Of a stretch of 64,000 bases of DNA, positions 25,896 to 35,332 are shown one piece after another. The stretch spans positions 72,708 through 136,707 of the forward strand of contig CAWEJF010000007.1 in the NCBI GenBank assembly GCA_963809345.1, in the 5' to 3' direction. The first letter of the stretch is position 1, and each line of letters opens with the position of its first letter. A program made the translations under genes and the position numbers. The notes beneath the pieces are model-generated. The model ran no database searches, was not told the origin of the DNA, and saw only the letters and a list, made by a program, of their open reading frames with translations. Origin of the DNA: Candidatus Aminicenantes bacterium (GTDB lineage: Bacteria > Acidobacteriota > Aminicenantia > Aminicenantales > Saccharicenantaceae).

Positions 25896-27119
25896 ATGAG
25901 CCGAAAACCGCAGGACCGAAGGACATTCATCAAAACGATGGCCGGGGGCGCGGTCGCCTTGGGATCGTCGCTGGCCGGGCGGTCCGGACCGAAGCAGACG
26001 GCCCCGGGCCGGGTCGTCAAGGACGGGATGCCCTGCCGCCGTCTCGGCCGGACGGGCCTTCTCGTCTCCGAGGTCTCGCTCGGCAGCAGCCCCTTTCCCG
26101 ATCCGTACCTTCTCCGGACCATCATCGACCGCGGCGTCAATTACATCGATACCTCTCACAACTACGACAACGGCAACGCCGAGCGGCAGATCGGCCGGCT
26201 GCTCAAGGACGTCGGGCGGGACAGGCTCCACTTCTCCACGAAATTCCACGTCGAACCCCGGGACACGGCGGCTTCTATCATGGCCTCGGTCCACGGCAGC
26301 CTCCGGCGTCTCGACGTCGAGACGATCGACGTGCTGATGATCCACGGCGCGGAGTCGGGTGCCGTTCTCACGGACGAGCGGGTCCTTGAGGCCTACGACC
26401 GGCTGAAGGAGGAAGGCGCCTATAGGTTCCCGGGCCTATCCTGCCACGCCAACCACGATGAGGTCGTCCGGAAAGCCGTCGATTGCGGTCTCTACGACGT
26501 GGTCCAGGTCGGCTACAATGTCTTCGACATCCAGGAGCCAGACCGCCCAGTCGAGACCTACCCGGATTACCTCGGGACGAGCGGCATCCGGGCCCTGCTC
26601 GATCTCGCTCACGCCAAGGACGTGGGCATCGTGGCCATGAAGACGCTCAAGGTCGGCGGCCGGCGCCAGGACCTCGAAAGATACCGGACCGGCGCGGCGT
26701 CCCTCTATCAGGCCATGCTGAAATGGGTGCTCGACGATGCCCGTGTCGCGTCAGCCGTGACCGAGATCCTCAACCGGCAGCAGATGGAGGAGGACCTGGG
26801 TGCGGCCGGGGCCAAGCTCGCCGCCGCCGAGAGGGCGACCCTGGCCCGCTACGTCCGCGAGAACGGGACCGACTATTGCCACGGCTGCGCCCGCTGCCGC
26901 CGGGCCTGCCCTGAGGGCATCGACACGACGTCCATCCTTCGCGCGCTCGCCTACCGCGAGAGCTACGGCAAGATAGGGCGGGCCAAGGATGTTTTCGCGT
27001 CCCGCGGGACCGGAGATAAGACCTCGACCTGTCGCGATTGCGGGGCCTGCGAGAAGGCCTGTCCCTACGGCGTCGCGGTACGTTCCCGGGTCAGGAAAGC
27101 CCGCTCGGTCCTGGCCTGA
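25896..27119 (+). CDS. Tat-signal aldo/keto reductase with C-terminal 4Fe-4S ferredoxin-like module
   Basis: ORF track, 407 aa. Twin-arginine motif DRRTFIK. AKR body. C-terminal motifs CHGCARCRRACP and CRDCGACEKACP. Confidence 0.8.
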   Translation: MSRKPQDRRTFIKTMAGGAVALGSSLAGRSGPKQTAPGRVVKDGMPCRRLGRTGLLVSEVSLGSSPFPDPYLLRTIIDRGVNYIDTSHNYDNGNAERQIGRLLKDVGRDRLHFSTKFHVEPRDTAASIMASVHGSLRRLDVETIDVLMIHGAESGAVLTDERVLEAYDRLKEEGAYRFPGLSCHANHDEVVRKAVDCGLYDVVQVGYNVFDIQEPDRPVETYPDYLGTSGIRALLDLAHAKDVGIVAMKTLKVGGRRQDLERYRTGAASLYQAMLKWVLDDARVASAVTEILNRQQMEEDLGAAGAKLAAAERATLARYVRENGTDYCHGCARCRRACPEGIDTTSILRALAYRESYGKIGRAKDVFASRGTGDKTSTCRDCGACEKACPYGVAVRSRVRKARSVLA

Positions 27120-27138
27120 CTGGCGGACACTTCCGGGA

Positions 27139-29449
27139 TCAGATCTGCCAGGCGTAGCCGATCTTCAGGAAGAACGTCCGGTCGGTCCGGGTGATGCCGA
27201 TACGTTCCGGCCCGAGCCAGCTGTCGAAGACGCCGCCCATCGCGTTGTCCGAATAGCCCAGGAAGAGGACGGTCCGCGGGTTGACCTTGTACGAGAACAG
27301 GAACTGGGTGAAAACACCCTTGGTCCGCGTGTCGACCGGGATCGCCGTACATGACCGGGTTCTGTTCGAGGTCCTGGTACTGGAGGATGGCCCGGACGAA
27401 CGAGCGGACACTGAAGTTCCAGACGAGCTTGGCCTGGCTGAGGTTGGCGGTGTAGATCGTCTCGCCGCCGAGGGACAGCCGCTCAAAGGCGTGGCTGAGA
27501 ACCAGGTTGAGATGGCGAAGCAGGCTGAACGAGCCGTACGGCCCGACCGAGAGGACGTTGGCGCGGCGCGAGTTGGCATAGTCGATGCCCTGGCCGGCCT
27601 GCCCTTGGAGGCCGACCTCAGAGCCGCTGAACGGCCGGATGCGGAAGGCGACGGCCGCCGAGGCGGTATCGAAGTACTGGCCGTTGTAGAACGTCCTCGA
27701 GAAGATGCCGTGAACGTTGAGCTGGGTCTCGAGATCGCCCTGGACGAGAAAGCCCAGCGTCAATCCGCGGTCGGTCAGGTTCCCGCCGTGATCGTAGGTG
27801 AATCCGCCGGCCGCGCCGAGGCGGATATAGTTGTACCAGCTCTTCTCCTTGCCCCAGATCTGGCGGAAGAGCATGGCCTGGAGATCCCGTGTGTCGACGC
27901 GGGGGACGTACCCGTAGTCGGCCCGGAAGCCGGGCGAGAGGTCCGCATAGGTCAGTCCCAGGATCCAGCTCCGCGAGACGTGCTGGTATTGGAGATTGAT
28001 GGCGTTGCCCCCGAAGCGGCCTTCGTTCTGGCCATAGGCCTGGGCGACGGCGTCGGGATAGGTCGTCTCTGAATGGAGGACCTGGAAGCTGATCGAGTTC
28101 TTCTGGTCGAGGCGGAAGAAGCCGTCCGCGCCGGCGAGGTGATTACCGTAATCGTTCCCCATCCGCCCGGTGTAGAGGAGGCCGAGGGTCGACATCTTGC
28201 CGATATCCTGGCGCAGGCGGAACACGCCGCCCGTAGCGTCCTGGGTGAGTGGCTCGCTCAGGGAATAGGACCCCTGGTTCGTGGGGAACATCAGGTTGGT
28301 GATCCGGTCCTCGGCGGCGAAAAAGCCCACTGCCGTGCGTCCGATCTTGCCGGTCAGCTTCGTGCCCCAGAGCGGATCGGCGACCGTGCGGGTGAAGACG
28401 GCCTGGATCGGGGTCAGAAAGAAATCGGCGCCCTCGAGGAAAAAGGGGCGCTTCTCCGGATAGTAAACGGCGAACCGGCGGTTGATCTGGAGCTGGGCGA
28501 CGTCGGCCTCGACTTGGGAGAAATCGGGGTTGCCCGTGGCGTTGAGGATGAGATTGGGGGTGATGCCCCACTTGGCGGTGACTCCGGGCTGTAAGTCGGC
28601 CTTGCCCCGGACGAGCGCGCCGTCGGGGAATTCGGCCCTGTCGATGGCGTCGGTCCGGCTGGCGGTGAAGGTCGGATCGATCTCGATGTTTCGGCCGGCC
28701 GAGACGCCGGCGAACCCCGTCAGCTTGTTGAACTGGCAGAGGATGCAGTTGACGCTCCGCGACCGGACGTGCGAGGTCAGGCGGTGCCGGGTATCACGGG
28801 GCCAGGACCGCTCGGCGCTGAAGCCCCAGGTCTGCGGGGCTTCGGAGCCGTGGAAGCGGAGCTGGCTGAGCGGGATGGCCACCTCGAGGGCCCATCCCCA
28901 ATCGGTGATCTTGGCCGCAGCGCTCCAGATGGCGTCCCAGGAGAAATCCTCGTAGCCCTCCGACTCGCTGAAGTTGGCGTCGGCCTGGACGCCCTTGGGA
29001 TTGACCCGGAACTGGAAGGCCCGTCGCTCGTCGTTGAAGGAATCGACCATGAAGCTGACGTGGTCGTCGAGGATGAGCGTGTCGGTGTCATCGCGGTCCA
29101 TCAAATGCGCCCGGATCTTGCGCGGCTCGGGATCGAAGCAGCGGAAGCCGACATAGAGATGGCGCGAATCGTAGGTCACCAGGCATTCGGTCTTGACGGG
29201 CGCCGGGATGTTGTCCCCCGGCTGCCATTCGAACGGCAGCGGGATGACGGGGGCCGCGGCCCAGGCCGCCTCGTCGAGAACGCCGTCGATCTTGATCGGG
29301 ACGGACGCTTTGACGATATCGAAGCGGGCGGAGGGGACGCTCTCCGGCCTGGCCGGGGCCTGGTCTTGGGCCGCGAAGGCGGGGATGGCCAGGACAGCGC
29401 CGACTGAGAAGGCGGACAGAGCGAAGGCTAGGCGGCGTGATGGAGGCAT
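27139..29449 (-). pseudogene. second CBM9-like/DUF5916-type OM protein, interrupted by a +1 frameshift near the C-terminus (or assembly indel)
   Basis: ATG 29449 with AAGGAG upstream. Paralog of 18566..20761. After ...LEQNPVMYG the homologous sequence IPVDTRTKGVFTQFLFSYKVNPRTVLFLGY...GYAWQI continues in track ORF 27139..27579, in the +1 frame. Confidence 0.8.
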
Positions 29450-29793
29450 GGGAACTCCTTGTTGTTGTCCTTCTTCCTTATATACTCCGGATCCCCCAAA
29501 AGAGTTGACAATAGGACGGCGCCTCCTCGATTCCTTTCCCAAGGCCTTTGTCCCGTCATTATCGCATAGAATACGCCACGATTCCCGGGTCTGTTCATCC
29601 GGCTCAGGTGACCTCTGGCGGGCCTCTTCCGTCCATGCCGCGGGGGGACTTCTCCGCTAAGGCGAAGCGGTATAAAATGAGGTCCATAAGCTCCATGGGG
29701 AAACGGAAGGATAAACGGGTCCACGGTCCCGGGCGTAATCTCGGGCGGAGGGGCGCGGGGTGAAGACCGGAAAGCGTTGGCGGAGGTGAGGTC

Positions 29794-31368
29794 ATGACAC
29801 GAGGCGGAAGAACGGCCCTCCTCGCCTGCGCCATATCGCTTGCCGCTGTCTGCGCGCCGGCCAGAAAAGCTCCCGTCGATTTGGCGCCGCGGCCCACCGA
29901 CTGGGCGGCCCGGCTCGCCGAGGCCGACGCCCTCTATGCGGCAGGCCATTACACCGCGCTGCGGGACGCCCGGCGGATCTACGATGAAGCTCTGACAGCG
30001 GCCCCGCAAAAGGCCGGCCTTGCCGAAAAGCTCGTCCGCGCCGCCATCGGCCTTGATTTGCGTAAGAAGGACCTGGGCGTCCTCACGGACGGCCCCGCCG
30101 TCGACCTTGGCACCCTGGTCGCGATCGATCCCGCCCTCGACCGCTACGCGCCTTGGCTCGAGCTCGTCGAGGGGCTCCCCAATAAGATCAAAGGGAGCCC
30201 GGGGATCGACCAGACCGCGGGGCGGGCACTCGACGCCCAGCTCGATTGGATGAACGCCCGGGTGATGGCCATCGACCGCGATCTCGAAGCGGCGGCGCAA
30301 ACAGATGCCCTGGCCGCGGCTCTCCGTCTGGCCCTGCGTCGCGAATTCTTCTTCAAGTTCGAGGATAAGCTCGACCGCAAGGCCATCCTGGACCTCCATC
30401 CTGGCTCACGGCTGGTGGCCTTCCAGGCCGCTGTCTCCCCCGTTTTCGACGCCGAAGCGCTCGAGGCGCTCCTCGCCCTCGACCCGGGATTCTCCGAGGT
30501 CGACTATTACCTCGGCGAAGCGGACCTCATGGCCGGAAAGCTGCTCACGGCCGAGCGGCATTACCTCGCCGTTTACGAAAAGATCCCCGAATCGCTTTCG
30601 GTCCTCGTCTCCCTGGCCAAGGTTGCGTTCCAGATGGAGGAGACTGAGAGCTGTCTCCGATGGAACGAGAAGGCCCTGGCCCTCCTGCCGACCTACCGGG
30701 ACGCCCTGCTCGGCAAGGGCCTCTGCCTCGGCATCCTGGGCCGGAAGGAGGAAGCGCTGGCGGTCCTCGGCCGCCTCCTCGAGCTCGGCACCTATTACAT
30801 GGGCGAAGGCCACTACTGGACGGCCTGGAACCTCAACGACCTCGGGCGGTTCGAGGAGGCCCGGAGATCGGTCGAGTCGGCCAAGGTCTTCCTCGTCGAC
30901 GTGGTCGACGTTCATACTCTCTCCGGGATCATCGCCTACCGTCAAGGGCGGCTCGACGACGCCGAGAAGGACCTCCGCCATGCCCTGGACCTCCATTCGT
31001 CCGAGAGCGACGCGGCCTATTACCTCGGACGCCTCTATGCCGACCGCAAGGATTGGCTGAACTCGGGGATCTATTTCGCCGGGGCCGCGATGTCGTACGA
31101 AGACAAGGAAAAGGGCTTGGAGGACAAGATCGGCGAGATCGAGGGCTCGGAGATGTCCGCGGACAGGAAGGCCCGCCTGGTCGCCAAGAAGCGGACCCAG
31201 ATCCTCTCGGTCCAGGCGATCACGGCGACCTGCCAGTACAACGGCGCCGCCGGGTACCACAACGCCGGGTCGTTCGAGCGGGCCCTCGAGCTGGCCCGTA
31301 TGGCCGCCACCCACCCCGCGTTCGCCGAGAAGGCCGCCGAGCTCATCAAGGTCATTCAAGACCGCTAG
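29794..31368 (+). CDS. secreted TPR-repeat protein
   Basis: ORF track, 524 aa. N-terminal signal-like segment. Multiple TPR-like helical repeats in the C-terminal half. Confidence 0.75.
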   Translation: MTRGGRTALLACAISLAAVCAPARKAPVDLAPRPTDWAARLAEADALYAAGHYTALRDARRIYDEALTAAPQKAGLAEKLVRAAIGLDLRKKDLGVLTDGPAVDLGTLVAIDPALDRYAPWLELVEGLPNKIKGSPGIDQTAGRALDAQLDWMNARVMAIDRDLEAAAQTDALAAALRLALRREFFFKFEDKLDRKAILDLHPGSRLVAFQAAVSPVFDAEALEALLALDPGFSEVDYYLGEADLMAGKLLTAERHYLAVYEKIPESLSVLVSLAKVAFQMEETESCLRWNEKALALLPTYRDALLGKGLCLGILGRKEEALAVLGRLLELGTYYMGEGHYWTAWNLNDLGRFEEARRSVESAKVFLVDVVDVHTLSGIIAYRQGRLDDAEKDLRHALDLHSSESDAAYYLGRLYADRKDWLNSGIYFAGAAMSYEDKEKGLEDKIGEIEGSEMSADRKARLVAKKRTQILSVQAITATCQYNGAAGYHNAGSFERALELARMAATHPAFAEKAAELIKVIQDR

Positions 31369-31439
31369 AATTTCCCCCCTCCCACCGCACGGAAAAAATG
31401 GTATATAGTGTTATACTGTCGATTTTCGAGGATAGTCCC

Positions 31440-33230
31440 ATGACCGACAACAACGTGACCACTCTCAGCCGACTCTTCCTCCATTCCTGCCGGACCTACA
31501 AGAAGTCCGGCCGGATGCTGGTCAAGAAGGACCTCGTCTGGACGAAGATCTCGACCGACGAGGTCGAGACGACCGTCCGGCGCCTCTCGCTTGGCTTCCA
31601 GGACCTCGGATTGAGGCCCGGCGACCGGATGGCCCTCCTCTCCGAGAACCGGCCGGAATGGGTCATGGCCGATTTCGCCGCTCTCTGCGCCGGCGCCGTC
31701 ACCGTGCCCATCTACACCTCGCTCCCGCCCGACCAGGTCGGCTACATCATCGGCGACGCGGGCGCGAAGATCGTCGTCTGCTCGGACCTCGAGATGTGGA
31801 GCAAGGTCGAGGCCGTCCGGAAGGGGCTTCCCGATCTCGAGCGCGTCATCGTCATCGAGGGGGACCCCCCGGCCGGGGCGCACGCCCTATCGGACGTCGC
31901 GGAGCTCGGCCGTCGCCTCGAGGAGGCTGAGCCCGGACGCTTCGAGAGGATGGCCGATGCGGTCCGACCCGGGGACCTGGCGTCCATCATCTACACGTCC
32001 GGCACGACCGGCGTGCCCAAGGGCGTCATGCTGAGCCACGCCAATTTCGTGAGCAACGTCGTGTCGCTCGCCGAGTTCATCGATTTCTGCGAAGCCGACA
32101 CCGGCCTGTCCTTCCTGCCCCTGTCCCACGTCCTCGAGCGGACGGCCACGTTCCTCCTCTTCCACATCGGAGCAGCCATGGCCTACGCCGAGAGCATCGA
32201 AGCCGTGGCCTCGAACATGGTCGAGGTCCGGCCGACCATCATCGTCAGCGTTCCCCGGCTCTTCGAGAAGATCTATGCCCGGGTGATGGACCAGATCCTG
32301 GCCGGGTCTCGTCTCAAGAGGGCGATCTTCGTCTGGGCCCTGGGGACAGGGAAAAAATACGCGGCCAAGACGATCGCCGGCGAGAGCATCCCGACCCACC
32401 TGTCTTTCAAGAACGCGGTCGCGACGAAGCTCGTCTTCTCCAAGATCACCGCCAAGACCGGCGGCCGGATCCGGTACGCCATCTGCGGCGGAGCGCCCCT
32501 CTCGAGGGACATCGCCGAGTTCTTCTATGCCCTGGGGCTCAGGATCATGCCCGGATACGGGTTGACGGAGACCTCCCCCGTCCTCACGGGCAGCGCGCCG
32601 GGCAAGGTCCGGTTCGGGACCGCGGGCAAGGCCATCCCGCGGGTCGAGCTCCGCATCGCCGAGGACGGCGAGATCCTGGCCCGCGGCCCCAACGTCATGA
32701 TGGGCTACTACAAGAACGAGGCCGACACCCGGGAGGTCCTGAAGGACGGCTGGCTCCATACCGGGGACATCGGCCGGTTCGACGAGGACGGCTTCCTCAT
32801 CATCACCGACCGCAAGAAGGACATCATCGTCACCTCGGGCGGAAAGAACGTCGCCCCCCAACCGATCGAAAGTCTCATCCAGGCCAGTCCCCTGATCGCC
32901 AGCGCCGTGGTCGTGGGCAACAGCCGTAAGTTCGTCTCGGCGCTCATCGTGCCGGATTTCGAGAAGCTCGAGGCCTACGCCAAGGCGCACGGCATCGCCT
33001 TCAAGGACCGGGCCGAGCTCAGCCGCCGGCCCGAGGTCGCCGCGTTCCTCCTCGACGAGGTCAACCGGATGACACCCGCGCTGGCCTCGTACGAGAGGAT
33101 CAAGAGGATCGCCGTCCTCGACCGTGAATTCGACCTCGACATGGGCGAGGTGACGCCGACCCTCAAGGTCCGGCGGAACATCGTCGAGCGGAAATACGCC
33201 GACATCATCGAATCGATCTACAAGGATTGA
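31440..33230 (+). CDS. long-chain-fatty-acid--CoA ligase (AMP-dependent synthetase)
   Basis: ATG 31440 with GAGGA upstream. Motifs YTSGTTGVPKGV, GYGLTE, TGDIG. 596 aa. The longer track ORF N-terminus is Arg/Pro junk overlapping the upstream gene. Confidence 0.85.
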   Translation: MTDNNVTTLSRLFLHSCRTYKKSGRMLVKKDLVWTKISTDEVETTVRRLSLGFQDLGLRPGDRMALLSENRPEWVMADFAALCAGAVTVPIYTSLPPDQVGYIIGDAGAKIVVCSDLEMWSKVEAVRKGLPDLERVIVIEGDPPAGAHALSDVAELGRRLEEAEPGRFERMADAVRPGDLASIIYTSGTTGVPKGVMLSHANFVSNVVSLAEFIDFCEADTGLSFLPLSHVLERTATFLLFHIGAAMAYAESIEAVASNMVEVRPTIIVSVPRLFEKIYARVMDQILAGSRLKRAIFVWALGTGKKYAAKTIAGESIPTHLSFKNAVATKLVFSKITAKTGGRIRYAICGGAPLSRDIAEFFYALGLRIMPGYGLTETSPVLTGSAPGKVRFGTAGKAIPRVELRIAEDGEILARGPNVMMGYYKNEADTREVLKDGWLHTGDIGRFDEDGFLIITDRKKDIIVTSGGKNVAPQPIESLIQASPLIASAVVVGNSRKFVSALIVPDFEKLEAYAKAHGIAFKDRAELSRRPEVAAFLLDEVNRMTPALASYERIKRIAVLDREFDLDMGEVTPTLKVRRNIVERKYADIIESIYKD

Positions 33231-33238
33231 GGCCGGGC

Positions 33239-34414
33239 ATGGACACCCAAAGCTTCCTGTCGCATCTCGAATGCGGGCTGTGCGGCGAACGCCTCGAGCC
33301 CGACCGGCTGTGGAATCTCTGCCCCAAGTGCGGCAAGCCCCTCCTGGCCCGCTACGATCTCGACGCGGCCCGCGCGGCCGTACGCCGAGAGGACCTCGCC
33401 CGGCGCGAGCCGACGATGTGGCGCTACCGCGAGCTCCTCCCCGTCCGCGATGACGCTTTCAAGCTCTCGCTCGGCGAAGGGTTCACGCCGCTCTTCCGGA
33501 CGGCCCGGCTCGAGCGCGAGACGGGGCACGGGCCGCTTTACGTCAAGGACGAGGGCCTCAACCCGACCGGCTCGTTCAAGGCCCGGGGCCTCTCGGCCGC
33601 GGTCTCGCGGGCCTTCGAGCTCGGGGCCCGCGCGGTGTCCATTCCGACGGCCGGCAACGCCGGCTGCGCCATGAGCGCCTACGCCGCCGTGGCGGGGCTC
33701 GAGGCCCACGTCTTCATGCCGGCCGACGTGCCCAAGCCGTTTATGAACGAGTGCCGGGTCCTCGGCGCCCGGGTGACCCTCATCGATGGGCTCATCACTG
33801 ACTGCGGCAAAGCCGCCCGGGAGGGCATCGAGAAGTACGGCCGGTTCGACGTTTCGACACTCAAAGAACCCTACCGGATCGAGGGCAAGAAGACGATGGG
33901 CTACGAGGTCGCCGAGCAGATGGGCTGGCATCTCCCCGACGTCATCATCTACCCGACCGGCGGCGGCACCGGGCTCGTGGGCATGTGGAAGGCCTTCGAC
34001 GAGATGGAGAAGCTGGGCTGGATCGGCGCCGGGCGGCCGCGGATGGTCACCGTCCAATCGACGGGCTGCGCCCCCATGGTCAAGGCGTTCCAGGAAGGCA
34101 AAGAATTCGCCGAGCCTTGGCCGAACGCCAAGACGATCGCCGACGGCATGCGGGTCCCGGCCGCGGTCGGGGATTTCCTCATCCTCCGGGCCCTAAGGGA
34201 AAGCCGCGGCACGGCCGTGGCCGTTCCGGACGCTGAGATCCTCGAGGCGACCTACCTGATGGGGAAGACGACGGGCATCTGGCCGGCACCGGAGGGCGGG
34301 GCGACCCTGGCCGCGCTCCTGCGCCTCCGAAAGGACGGCTGGGTCCGCGACGGCGAGTCCGTCGTCCTCTTCAACACCGGGAGCGGCGCCAAGTATTCCC
34401 ACATCTGGGACTGA
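33239..34414 (+). CDS. thrC: threonine synthase (zinc-ribbon N-terminus type)
   Basis: PLP-lysine motif NPTGSFKARG, plus GNAG and GGGTG. N-terminal CGLCG...CPKCG. ATG 33239 is preferred over the TTG at 33227. Confidence 0.75.
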   Translation: MDTQSFLSHLECGLCGERLEPDRLWNLCPKCGKPLLARYDLDAARAAVRREDLARREPTMWRYRELLPVRDDAFKLSLGEGFTPLFRTARLERETGHGPLYVKDEGLNPTGSFKARGLSAAVSRAFELGARAVSIPTAGNAGCAMSAYAAVAGLEAHVFMPADVPKPFMNECRVLGARVTLIDGLITDCGKAAREGIEKYGRFDVSTLKEPYRIEGKKTMGYEVAEQMGWHLPDVIIYPTGGGTGLVGMWKAFDEMEKLGWIGAGRPRMVTVQSTGCAPMVKAFQEGKEFAEPWPNAKTIADGMRVPAAVGDFLILRALRESRGTAVAVPDAEILEATYLMGKTTGIWPAPEGGATLAALLRLRKDGWVRDGESVVLFNTGSGAKYSHIWD

Positions 34415-34473
34415 GCCCTTTTCGCGTCGCGAGACCCCGCTCGAGAACGATAAGGTCCAGCCCGGGCTGATCG

Positions 34474-35256
34474 TCAGCTTCCCGACGACGCTTTCCGGAT
34501 CTTCTTGGAAGCGGCCTTGAGCTGGGGCAGCCGGGCCGCCGTGCCGGGCGTCAAGGGGTGCCAGAGCGTGCAGAGGTGGCCGAGGACCTTGTCCGACGGC
34601 ACGGCGAGCGACTGGCCGATGAACGACCTGACGACCTTGACGTTGCGAAAGCTCGTCGGCAGCACCCGAAAGCCCTTGTCGACGAAGATCTTGACCGAGG
34701 GGAAGGTCGATTTGGGCGTCGGCTGGAGCGGGTACTTCGGCTCATAGTGCCAATCACACATGATGATGTCCTTGGGGACCATGTCGATGGCCGCGTTCGT
34801 CCCGTTCATGGACGCTTCCCAGAGGCCGTATCCCGTGGCTTTGCCGTCGAGAAACCGGTCGGCCCACATCATCATCTCCTTGCCGCGCTTGCGAACGATA
34901 TGGTCGTAGGCGTCGTTGACCGCCCGGGCGAAGAGCTCGCCGGTGGGTTTCCCGGCGCACCGGGGGCAATCGGCGTCGGCGATGATGAAGACCTCGTCCA
35001 TGCCGAGGTGGAGGGCGTCGGCCTCGAAGACATCGAGGAGCTCGTCATAGAGATCATTGATGATGGGCAGGAGCTCGGGGTGGAGAGGGCACCAGCTCCG
35101 GCAGTAGAACTCGGTGCCCCAGGGATCTGTGCCCTTGTTGCCGGCGTACTTTCCCGGCGACTCGTCGAGCTGGGGATACCCAGGCGCGCACGCTTGGCAA
35201 GCCTTGTTGAAGGGGACAGGGACTCTCTGATGTGTCCGCGCCTTGAATATTCCCAT
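34474..35256 (-). pseudogene. GH20-like (beta-hexosaminidase family) catalytic-domain fragment, apparently N-terminally truncated
   Basis: The 260-aa ORF carries LHLGMDEV, equivalent to the GH20 HxGGDE strand, only about 80 aa from its start. The expected upstream barrel strands are absent. The region upstream is occupied by the divergent HTH gene and its promoter. Confidence 0.5.
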
Positions 35257-35272
35257 AAAGCACTTGTATAAT
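35243..35272 (+). promoter_or_regulatory. sigma-70-type promoter for the HTH-TM-TPR gene, lying inside the first codons of the opposite GH20-like fragment
   Basis: TTGAAT-18-TATAAT. Confidence 0.55.
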
Positions 35273-35332
35273 GGGGCCGCAAGTTAAGTGGGGACGGCGG
35301 ACAAAGGCCATACCCTCCGGCCTGGGGGAGTT

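Noticed and set aside
29579-29656. Possible degenerate third copy of the palindromic element (cgattcccgggt ... ggcggg ... ggacttctccg in the same order as in 21777-22011)
   Set aside because: Only three short blocks match, and their spacing differs (44 and 24 nt against 58 and 58 nt). I cannot separate this from chance in GC-rich DNA without a proper alignment score.
29548-29763. 71-aa basic ORF in the 344-nt divergent intergenic region
   Set aside because: It has a TTG start without an SD, an Arg/Lys/Gly-rich composition and no hydrophobic or structured segment. More likely this is promoter and leader DNA for the flanking genes.
34457-34468. Perfect 12-bp palindrome CAGCCCGGGCTG between thrC and the GH20-like fragment
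   Set aside because: It has no loop and no U-tract, so it is not a terminator. GC-rich palindromes of this length containing a CCCGGG core are not surprising at this base composition.
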